Made by a program: the position numbers and the translations under genes. Of a stretch of DNA of 18,383 nt, positions 6,845 to 14,637 are shown piece after piece. Source of the stretch: a bacterium (GTDB lineage Bacteria; Muiribacteriota; UBA6191); assembly GCA_036339875.1 (NCBI GenBank), contig JAYZAC010000069.1, positions 1-18,383 on the forward strand. The letters are read 5' to 3'. How positions within the stretch are numbered: position 1 is the first letter of the stretch; the number at the start of each line of letters is the position of its first letter. The notes beneath the pieces are model-generated. The model saw nothing but the letters and a program-made list of their open reading frames with translations, made no database searches and was not told the origin of the DNA.

Positions 6845-9196
6845 TTATCTTTTGATATTGATAGCAGTCTGTAGGGCTGCATCAGAAGTTGATATAGCTT
6901 TGGAATTCGCCTGATAGGATCTTTGGGTTATAAGCAGCTCAGTGAATTCTGTAGGTAGATCAACATTAGAAAGCTCAAGAGTTTGATTCATTACAAGTCC
7001 TCTTGTGGCAGAGTTTGGTGCACCTATCGAATTTTCATCGAAACCTGAGTTGGCACTTAAAGAGAATAAATTGCTACCTTCTTTCGTTAATCCATTCGCA
7101 TTTCTGAATACGGCTAACCCGATTTGCCCGATTTCACGTTCTTCTCCATTAGTATATCGACCTCTTAAAGTTCCATCACCTGTAGAAGTTATACTAGTAT
7201 ATTTTAAGAGACCTGTCTCATATCCATTAGTTTCTCTAACAGTAGTTGAAAAGGAGCCACCAAATCCAGTAACCAAATCTAGATCATAATTAACACGCAA
7301 ATTGCCTGTTTTGAGTGCACCTGTAGAAGGTATGAGTACTGGGACTTGATCGAATGATTCTACAGGGACTTCACTTACAAATTCGATATCATTTATGGTG
7401 CCTTTAATCTCGGGAATATTACTTTTTGATTCTTGAAGACGACCCTGATTATCAAAAAATATTGTACCTTGGTTACTTCCGTTGAATAGTTCTTCATTTA
7501 ATTTGGAAAGCTCTTCATCAGTTATGTTGTCAGGATCGTTGACTTGAACCTTTTCTGGGTCATAAGGCCTTCTTGCCATTTCTTGAATTGTCTTATGATT
7601 AGAAGGAAGAATAAGCTCGTAGAATGCTCCTAAACCTTTACGGCGAGCAAAGACTTGAAATCCGAGCTCCTCGTCGTTAACAAGTTCGTCCTCTAGTTGT
7701 ATTTTAAGTTCTTCTATTTCTATTCCAGCTTCATTTGCTTCATCAATTTGTTCTTTTGTGGGTAACTTTCTGGTAATTTCGGGGTTATCGATTGCGAAGT
7801 TAGCAACACCAATCTCAATTCTTTCAATATCAGCCGGTCTCGTTGCTAGTGCCGGCATATAAGATATTGCTTCATTGATAAAACCATTCTCTGAAAAAGT
7901 AATTCTGCCTCTTCGAGTATCTCCAAAAATCGCTTGATTTGCTTCTTCTAAATCTAATAATGAAGGTCGGTCAGGATTGAGAACTTGGTTGTCTTCATCT
8001 TGAATATAAAGTTGTATCAAAGGGTCTGTAACTGGAAGGCTAGTACGGTAATACCAAGTATTTGTCAATTTATCTACATGTTCAAAGGTGATTCCAGCGG
8101 AATGCACTTGTCCTTCATTATCTATAAGATTAGTCTCCGTAGTGTGAACTCTGCCACCAACAAAGATGGAATTTAAGGTTCCTACGGGCATAGTTCCATA
8201 TCCCTCTTCAGTTGGTTCACCTGGCCTTAAATTAAGATTGATGTTTCGTTTGATAGCATCAGGGCTAACATTAAGGTGAGCAGGCATTTTAGCATCAGAA
8301 GTAGTACTGACCTCGGGAAGTGTAACAGTCATGGGACTTTGCACGGTCTCACCGTCTGAGTTAACGCTATCATAATAAAAGGTAAGCGTACGTAGAAGAC
8401 CGCGTTCATCTGTTTGAGTTTTAATATTCTCACCACTGCCAACTTCCCAATTGAGAATATCACCTAGATCATTAAAATAAACTTGAAGTTTGAGTTTTTC
8501 CTCTCCCTTTTGTAGGAGACTAATTTCATATAAATCAGGGTCAATTCTTTGTACTGTTTGAGTAATATTCTGTACCTCTGCATTTCGATCTGTAATATTA
8601 GCTGCTGCGTTACCCACTTCTAGACTTCGAACATGAGATGAATGATCGAGATTACTAGCAAATATAATATTAGTGGTTGGCTTGAAAGGAATAGTTTCAA
8701 CCTTATCAAACTGTACTTTTTCTAAAGGGCCCTGAGTATCAATTGTAGTGGTGCCGTCTGCATTCATAATTGCTCCAAACCCTTTAATAAATGCTCCGTT
8801 AGTCTCTTGGACAATGTGCTTGTTGGCATCGATTGCGAGATTGCCGTCCCGGGTATAGAGTTGATTATCTTCTCTCTCAACAATGAAGTAACCATCATCT
8901 TTTACAGCTAAATCTAGTAGATTTCCAGTTCGGGTATATTCGCCCGGTTTCATATCAAGGTCAATTTGAGAGTTTACTAAGCCATATCCTTGGGTGGCAG
9001 GATTTACGAATGAGGTGTTTCCACTGTTTGGAACCGCAGCACTCTTCATTGATTGGAAAGATTCTATGAAGGTAACCTTCGAACGCCTAAAACCAATAGT
9101 ACTGGCATTAGAAACATTATTACTAATAACATCTAATTTATTTTGGTAGTTTTTTAAGCCAGTGGTACCAACACGAATATCGTTAAGAAAGGACAT
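6845..9196 (-). CDS. flgE: Flagellar hook protein FlgE family (hook-basal body protein), unusually long (783 aa)
   Basis: N-terminal GL...Q.KLDVISNNVSNASTIGFRRSKVTF, TGNLLDLAV..DGYF, YTRDGN; NLD motif; C-terminal GYETG.L, DG...G.YTNG, GQI.LAVF.N.NGL...G.NLF..SANSG, LELSNVDL..EFT.L...QRSYQANSK.I.TSD..LQ..INIKR. GGAGG RBS. Confidence 0.9.
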   Translation of the reverse strand: MSFLNDIRVGTTGLKNYQNKLDVISNNVSNASTIGFRRSKVTFIESFQSMKSAAVPNSGNTSFVNPATQGYGLVNSQIDLDMKPGEYTRTGNLLDLAVKDDGYFIVEREDNQLYTRDGNLAIDANKHIVQETNGAFIKGFGAIMNADGTTTIDTQGPLEKVQFDKVETIPFKPTTNIIFASNLDHSSHVRSLEVGNAAANITDRNAEVQNITQTVQRIDPDLYEISLLQKGEEKLKLQVYFNDLGDILNWEVGSGENIKTQTDERGLLRTLTFYYDSVNSDGETVQSPMTVTLPEVSTTSDAKMPAHLNVSPDAIKRNINLNLRPGEPTEEGYGTMPVGTLNSIFVGGRVHTTETNLIDNEGQVHSAGITFEHVDKLTNTWYYRTSLPVTDPLIQLYIQDEDNQVLNPDRPSLLDLEEANQAIFGDTRRGRITFSENGFINEAISYMPALATRPADIERIEIGVANFAIDNPEITRKLPTKEQIDEANEAGIEIEELKIQLEDELVNDEELGFQVFARRKGLGAFYELILPSNHKTIQEMARRPYDPEKVQVNDPDNITDEELSKLNEELFNGSNQGTIFFDNQGRLQESKSNIPEIKGTINDIEFVSEVPVESFDQVPVLIPSTGALKTGNLRVNYDLDLVTGFGGSFSTTVRETNGYETGLLKYTSITSTGDGTLRGRYTNGEEREIGQIGLAVFRNANGLTKEGSNLFSLSANSGFDENSIGAPNSATRGLVMNQTLELSNVDLPTEFTELLITQRSYQANSKAISTSDAALQTAINIKR

Positions 9197-9200
9197 ATAA

Positions 9201-9232
9201 GTTCCTCCATCATTTTAGCGACATCCATGTGC
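9201..9232 (-). promoter_or_regulatory. Two putative CsrA/RsmA-binding sites in the flgE leader
   Basis: The minus strand reads GCACATGGATGTCGC (9232-9218; ACA-TGGA-TGT stem-loop, matching ACANGGANGU) and then ATGGAGGAAC (9210-9201), in which ANGGA overlaps the SD. Confidence 0.6.
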
Positions 9233-9270
9233 TTATGACAAAAGTAAACAAAAACAAACGTACATGGTAC

Positions 9271-9298
9271 CTATCGGCATAAAGCTCTCGCTTCATGA
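9271..9298 (-). promoter_or_regulatory. Putative sigma-28 (FliA/SigD) promoter of flgE
   Basis: Minus strand TCAT-N16-GCCGATAG. The -10 box (9278-9271) is 7/8 to GCCGATAA; the -35 is weak (2/4 to TAAA). Confidence 0.55.
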
Positions 9299-9304
9299 TA
9301 GAAT
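9296..9304 (+). promoter_or_regulatory. Possible extended -10 sigma-70 promoter for the small ORF/hemL unit
   Basis: TGaTAGAAT about 25 nt upstream of the TTG start at 9329, which has an AAGGA RBS. Confidence 0.4.
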
Positions 9305-9328
9305 TCAGCGCACGTAAAGGATGAAATA

Positions 9329-9556
9329 TTGCAAAAGCTATTAATTTCGACATTTTTTTGTCTTTATATTGTTTTTGGATGGTTAGCGAATACCCATTTG
9401 AACCAGATGGAATATTTGTGTTTATTGTATGGAGTCCAAGTTTTTGATTTATTTACGATGAGTCAGTTAAAACTAAGTTTTCGCTTAGTGTATGTAATTA
9501 TTGGCTTATGTTTGGCTCTTATAACTATTAGGAGGGTATATGGATTGGACTCGTAG
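9329..9556 (+). CDS. Small hypothetical membrane protein (75 aa)
   Basis: TTG start with AAGGA 7 nt upstream; 2-3 hydrophobic segments; overlaps the hemL start by 17 bp; fills an otherwise empty gap. Confidence 0.5.
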   Translation: MQKLLISTFFCLYIVFGWLANTHLNQMEYLCLLYGVQVFDLFTMSQLKLSFRLVYVIIGLCLALITIRRVYGLDS

Positions 9557-10835
9557 TCGAAGCGAGAAGCTATATGAGCAAGCTTGTACCATAATGCCTG
9601 GAGGTGTTAATTCTCCGGTACGATCGTTCAAGGGTATGGGTACAGCACCAGCCTTTATTAAATCAGGTCGTGGTGCTTATTTAATAGATGAAGATGGACA
9701 TGATTATGTGGACTACATATGCTCTTGGGGGCCATTACTGCATGGTCATTGTCATCCATCGATTCGTAGTGCATTAGAAAATCAATTATCGAGGGGCTGG
9801 ACTTACGGAGCACCAACTGAAGCTGAAATACATTTAGCAGAATTAGTAAGAAACATGATGCCCTGTATGCAAATGATGCGTATGGTTAACTCTGGTACTG
9901 AAGCGACAATGAGCGCTATTAGGCTTGCAAGAGGCGTTACAAAAAGAAAAAAAATCATAAAGTTTAATGGTTGTTACCATGGTCATGGGGACAGTTTATT
10001 AGTGCAAATGGGCTCCGGTGGTCTGACTTTTGGAGAGCCTAATTCTCCAGGAGTTCTTGCAGACTTAGCGCAACACACGTTAGTGGCGGAATACAATGAT
10101 CTAGAGCAGGTTGAGAACTTATTTCGGGAATATCGTACAGATATTGCAGGAATTATTTTAGAACCCATTCCCGGTAATATGGGTTTACTTTTCCCACAGT
10201 CAGGCTTTTTAGAGGGTCTTAGAAGTTTGTGCGATGAATACGGCAGTCTATTGATTTTTGATGAGGTCATGACCGGATTTAGAGTTGCTCAGGGTGGTGC
10301 TTGCGAGGTTTATGGTGTAGAACCTGATCTTGTTTGTTTGGGTAAAGTCATTGGTGGTGGTTTGCCCGTAGGAGCTTACGGAGGAAAGCGCGAATTGATG
10401 CAAGAAATCTCTCCAATTGGTGGTGTCTATCAAGCTGGAACACTTTCGGGAAATCCGCTCGCAATGGTGGCAGGTTTTGAGACACTTAAGAGATTACAAG
10501 AAATTAAACCTTGGAAACAATTTAATGATTACATGAGTGAGTTAGCTGCCGGTTTTAAGAATGCGGCCAGTCGTGCCAATATTGATTTACAATTTAACTC
10601 AATGGGATCCATGTTTGGCTTCTTCTTTCATCCTGGGCCAGTAACGACAAAACTAGAGGTAGATAAATGCGACTTTCTTAGATTTAAACACTTTTTTGTG
10701 GGAATGCTAGAGAAAGGAATTTATTTGGCGCCATCTCAATACGAGGCTGGTTTTCTATCGACTGTGCATGGTTCTGAAGAATTGAGTCGAACCATAAATT
10801 CAATTGAGTCTTGTATGGAAACTTTAGATTCTTAA
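9540..10835 (+). CDS. hemL: Glutamate-1-semialdehyde 2,1-aminomutase
   Basis: MPGGVNSPVRSF, SWGPL.HGH, VNSGTEATMSAIRLARG, GCYHGHGD, FDEVMTGFR, PLP-lysine motif LGKVIGGGLPVGAYGG, YQAGTLSGNP, PSQYEAGFLS. AGGAGG RBS at 9530-9535. Confidence 0.98.
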   Translation: MDWTRSRSEKLYEQACTIMPGGVNSPVRSFKGMGTAPAFIKSGRGAYLIDEDGHDYVDYICSWGPLLHGHCHPSIRSALENQLSRGWTYGAPTEAEIHLAELVRNMMPCMQMMRMVNSGTEATMSAIRLARGVTKRKKIIKFNGCYHGHGDSLLVQMGSGGLTFGEPNSPGVLADLAQHTLVAEYNDLEQVENLFREYRTDIAGIILEPIPGNMGLLFPQSGFLEGLRSLCDEYGSLLIFDEVMTGFRVAQGGACEVYGVEPDLVCLGKVIGGGLPVGAYGGKRELMQEISPIGGVYQAGTLSGNPLAMVAGFETLKRLQEIKPWKQFNDYMSELAAGFKNAASRANIDLQFNSMGSMFGFFFHPGPVTTKLEVDKCDFLRFKHFFVGMLEKGIYLAPSQYEAGFLSTVHGSEELSRTINSIESCMETLDS

Positions 10836-10946
10836 AATTTGTCTCACTTTTAATTATTCTATGCGTATAATAAAGGAAGCGGGTCTGTTTTTAAGGAATC
10901 TAGCCGTCACGCCAATGTAATTAAAAATGAAAATTCTTGTGAAAAG

Positions 10947-12389
10947 ATGATCTCAGTAGCAATCGATGACATTCAAGAGGGTATGATTTTAGCCGAAGAT
11001 GTGGCTCACAACGCATCAGTCATAATTACTCGTGATACCGTTCTAAAATTGTCTCATGTTGAACGTCTAAAAAAGTTCCACATTTCCGATGTTCTGGTTA
11101 GAGATATCGAAGGTGAACAAATTGCAGATCAGAAAATAAAATCTGCCCATAAATCGATGGCGGGACTTGGTAAAAAAATGTTTCGCAAAGGCGAGTATGT
11201 TTGTGTTCAGGGCGAGTCTTCAGAAGAACTCTACATCTTGGTAGATGGTCAATTAAATGTGATTTTTACCGACCCTGAACTTTTCAAACCAGGGATGGAT
11301 TCGATAGACAAAATACCAATTATAGAGGACCAAGGTAAAATTATTACCGTGATCAAAGGTAAAATGATTAATTTTGGGGAATTGGGAGCTCTTCTGGGGG
11401 AGCGTAGAACCGCAACAATTGTTACCAAAACAGATTCAGTTATAGCAAGAATTCCAGTGGCTGGAGGTGGCTTTAATAAAACGATATTAAAGAATCCAAA
11501 GCTTGGTATAAACATAGCAATAACAATAGCTAAAAGACTCAAGGATATAAACGTTTACATTGCGAAGTACAATTCTGTCTTGTCGCAAGTTGATAATATG
11601 ATTCGTGAGTTTTCTACAATCTATGTAACGTTAGCAGGAAAAATTCTTAAACATGCTATTGCAACAAAAGATAAAAATCTTGAAATAATTCATGATCAGT
11701 TCAAAGTATCACCCTTATACAACCGGTTGTTAAAATATAAAAGGCAGAGTATTAGCTCCCAGCCGCCTGAGGCAATCAATTCGGAGGAGATTTCAGAAGA
11801 TTCTGAAATATTTAAGCAAGGGAATCTAATCAATAAGAAACCAGGTGAGATAATTTGTTATCAAGGAGAAGTTGGTGACAAGATGTTCATCTTGGTATCC
11901 GGAAAATTGGGAGTATTCGTAGGTGATAAAATAGTCGCTTGTTACAACACAAGGGGCGAGGTCATCGGTGAAACATCAGTCCTTTTAGGCTATGCCTCGG
12001 ACGTCGAAGGTTTTGATAAAAGGACAGCAACGGTTAAAACTATCACTAGGAGTCGTTTGATGAGTATTGACGCTACAGAGATTGATAGTCTAATAGACTC
12101 CAACCCATCAATGATATTACATATTACCAAGAAACTAGCGGATCGATTAAAAGGGTGCAACAATGTCTTCATTGAAGCTCAGAATGATGTAGAAGATTAT
12201 ATGAACAAGCTGGCTGTTAAGGAAGGTTCATGCGGAGCTGAAATGGAGCGGATTTTAGACCTATTCATGGAGAACGTGAACCTTATCGAGATTTGCTCTT
12301 CAGAGGTCAAAGTCCTAAAGAAGATGTATGAGGCTATAGGTTCCAAGCATAAAATACTGAGTGAGAGACTCGGTGGTATGTCTAAATAA
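10947..12389 (+). CDS. Tandem cyclic-nucleotide-binding domain protein with a small N-terminal domain; no HTH or catalytic domain recognised
   Basis: Copy 1: FRKGEYVCVQGE..EELYILVDGQL...FGELGALLGERRTAT...NPKL...IAKRL. Copy 2: KPGEIICYQGE.GDKMFILVSGKL...IGETSVLLG...KRTAT...NPSM...LADRL. Confidence 0.85.
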   Translation: MISVAIDDIQEGMILAEDVAHNASVIITRDTVLKLSHVERLKKFHISDVLVRDIEGEQIADQKIKSAHKSMAGLGKKMFRKGEYVCVQGESSEELYILVDGQLNVIFTDPELFKPGMDSIDKIPIIEDQGKIITVIKGKMINFGELGALLGERRTATIVTKTDSVIARIPVAGGGFNKTILKNPKLGINIAITIAKRLKDINVYIAKYNSVLSQVDNMIREFSTIYVTLAGKILKHAIATKDKNLEIIHDQFKVSPLYNRLLKYKRQSISSQPPEAINSEEISEDSEIFKQGNLINKKPGEIICYQGEVGDKMFILVSGKLGVFVGDKIVACYNTRGEVIGETSVLLGYASDVEGFDKRTATVKTITRSRLMSIDATEIDSLIDSNPSMILHITKKLADRLKGCNNVFIEAQNDVEDYMNKLAVKEGSCGAEMERILDLFMENVNLIEICSSEVKVLKKMYEAIGSKHKILSERLGGMSK

Positions 12390-12393
12390 AGAA

Positions 12394-12942
12394 ATGAACA
12401 TAAGACAATGGTTGTATCGTGAACAAGTTGAATCGACTAATGATTGGATGAAGGTTAACTACGAACGATTGACGGTTGGAACATGTTTATATGCTCAGAC
12501 TCAAACAAGCGGACGTGGTAGGGGTTCTAATAGATGGCAGTCTCCCAAGGGTGGTTTATATTTTTCGGTACTACTGTCTAAGGGTCCCAAACTACCTAAT
12601 ACTAATCTACTGATGTCGCACTTCTCCTACCATGCTAAAGAATTCTTGAACAACCGTTTTCATTTGAAGATAGAATTTAAGTCTCCGAATGATTTACATG
12701 TTAACGGTTGTAAACTAATGGGAGTACTAATTGATAATTTATTTCATGGTAACCGTTTGGCTGCTTGTATTTTAGGAGTTGGACTAAATGTTAATAATGA
12801 ATTGAAAGACTCTATAAGCTGGAATAATGGAACTGCTGTTAGTCTGCAAGAGCTATTAGGTAAAGAATCCGACTTAGATCAAAATAAATTGATGGTAGAG
12901 ATGTTGGAGTCTTATGATAATCATGATCTAATTATTATTTAA
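12394..12942 (+). CDS. birA: Biotin--[acetyl-CoA-carboxylase] ligase, catalytic domain only
   Basis: VESTND, QTSGRGR..NRW.SP.GGLYFS, K(S)PNDL..NG.KL.GVL, ILGVGLNVN. ATG 12394 (4 nt after the upstream stop) is preferred over GTG 12361, which overlaps the upstream gene. Confidence 0.88.
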   Translation: MNIRQWLYREQVESTNDWMKVNYERLTVGTCLYAQTQTSGRGRGSNRWQSPKGGLYFSVLLSKGPKLPNTNLLMSHFSYHAKEFLNNRFHLKIEFKSPNDLHVNGCKLMGVLIDNLFHGNRLAACILGVGLNVNNELKDSISWNNGTAVSLQELLGKESDLDQNKLMVEMLESYDNHDLIII

Positions 12943-12943
12943 T

Positions 12944-13777
12944 ATGCAAAACCTAACCATAGAATATAGTTTTCAGAATTTATCATTACGAGAAAAAAAG
13001 CCAAAGATTGCATGGGTCTCTGAGACCGGAATCATTGAATGGTCTACGAAAGATTTTCCTCAGTATTTTCCTGTTGGCAAGATGCTTGAGTGGGTTCTGT
13101 ACCAGAAGATTCTTGAGCATTTAGATCAAATAATAATTGAGTTTGGTCCTAAACTTGAGAGATTAAAATACTTTAAGTCGCCATTTAGAAAGCTAAGTCC
13201 AAGTCTTGATTTTGATCAACGAAACGATATTCGCGCTCTTATTGAATATAGATTGCCAGATGATTTTGATGATTTTTCTATAGAGCTCCAAGACTTGAAT
13301 TTAGGTCTTCACTTAACTGAACTTTCCAGATTTTATCTATACTTTGCAAACCATCTGCCTCAAATGACTTTTTCAAATTTGTCAGATCACAGTGCTAAGG
13401 TGTTATTGAGTAAAGATGATGTAGTGATAAGAGAGTGGTATCTGCCGTATGTTTTTGGTACTCAAAGAATCGAATGGATAGTTGAAGCTAATGATTCGGA
13501 TAAGAAATGGATTACTAAATTGAAGGAATGTTTTGAATGTGACGATGCTAACGATTGGTCTTATTTTGAAAATGGTTTCGATCTATTCATATTATCAAAT
13601 AAGTACTGGAGTATATGGATACAAGGTGATTTAACTAGATGGGAAATAGCCTTAATATGTATTAATTTACTTAGTGAAATTTATCCGTGCAGTAAAGATT
13701 TTAATCAAATTGAATCGCTCATAACCTCGAGATGCTGTCCATGGCCACAAAGTAAAGTTGAGGTCAATTTAAGTTGA
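12944..13777 (+). CDS. Hypothetical protein (277 aa, soluble, aromatic-rich)
   Basis: Long ORF tightly packed between birA (1-nt gap) and the next gene (4-nt TTGA overlap). No motif recognised. Confidence 0.7.
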   Translation: MQNLTIEYSFQNLSLREKKPKIAWVSETGIIEWSTKDFPQYFPVGKMLEWVLYQKILEHLDQIIIEFGPKLERLKYFKSPFRKLSPSLDFDQRNDIRALIEYRLPDDFDDFSIELQDLNLGLHLTELSRFYLYFANHLPQMTFSNLSDHSAKVLLSKDDVVIREWYLPYVFGTQRIEWIVEANDSDKKWITKLKECFECDDANDWSYFENGFDLFILSNKYWSIWIQGDLTRWEIALICINLLSEIYPCSKDFNQIESLITSRCCPWPQSKVEVNLS

Positions 13778-14637
13778 GAAACATTCGATTTATAATTCCT
13801 TTACTGGGGATTGTTTTATTTACCTATTTAATTAGTAGGCTTTCTTGGCAAAAGATATTGATTAATGTTTCAGAATTAGAGTGGTGGCAGCTGTTGTTAC
13901 CCGCTTTATGTGCGGCTTCGGGGATATTTATTAAATCACTTCGATGGAGCTATTTAATTAATTGTAAAGTAGAACAACGAAAACAAGCTAGAGATATCTT
14001 TCTAGCTTCTATATTTTATGGAATGGTTACACCGGGTCGGATCGGTGAGTTCGTAAAAATAGAATATCTTAAAGACTTGGGTTATGAGTATAAGAGAGGT
14101 CTTTTTTATACTATTTATGATCGCATTTTTGATGTAATAATTCTTCTTATTTCGAGTGCTTTGACTGGCTATGTGTTTGGATTTTATTCGAGTTGGCTAT
14201 TACTCATGGTACTTTTTATACTAGTTTTAGGGTTTGTCTTACACCGAAAGCTAGCTTTTTTTATGAATGAAAGTGTTTCTTGGATAAGATACTTAAAATT
14301 CTTATTATTAACTGTGGCGGCCTACGTGATATATGCCATTGGAATTTTATTTATTTTGAAGATTCAAGATTTGGTGGAATCTATTAAAACTATTTTGGTA
14401 GTTTTTACGGGTAATCTAGTATCACTAATCCCGGTATCTATTCATGGTTTGGGTACCAGAGAATCAGTGTTTTTTTTGTTTCTAGACTGGCTTCCTAATG
14501 AAACTTTGCTGGTGGCATCATTAACTCACTTTTTTACTACTTTTACAGGGACTGCTATTTTTTGCTCCTTGTATCTGGGTGTGGGTCTTTCAAAAAGGTC
14601 ACCTTTAAGTTCAAATACACCTTTACCATCTGATTGA
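13774..14637 (+). CDS. UPF0104 / lysylphosphatidylglycerol-synthase TM-region (flippase-like) membrane protein
   Basis: KSLRWSYL, FYGMVTPGRIGEFVKI.YL, YDRIFD, LIPVSIHGLGTRE and about 7-8 hydrophobic helices. Confidence 0.85.
   Translation: MRNIRFIIPLLGIVLFTYLISRLSWQKILINVSELEWWQLLLPALCAASGIFIKSLRWSYLINCKVEQRKQARDIFLASIFYGMVTPGRIGEFVKIEYLKDLGYEYKRGLFYTIYDRIFDVIILLISSALTGYVFGFYSSWLLLMVLFILVLGFVLHRKLAFFMNESVSWIRYLKFLLLTVAAYVIYAIGILFILKIQDLVESIKTILVVFTGNLVSLIPVSIHGLGTRESVFFLFLDWLPNETLLVASLTHFFTTFTGTAIFCSLYLGVGLSKRSPLSSNTPLPSD

Noticed and set aside
10866..10871. TATAAT upstream of the cNMP gene
   Set aside because: No correctly spaced -35 or extended TG motif; insufficient to call a promoter.
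13774..14637. Flagellin glycosylation role for the UPF0104 gene
   Set aside because: Only adjacency supports it; the gene is convergent and no glycosyltransferase or maf genes are present in the window.
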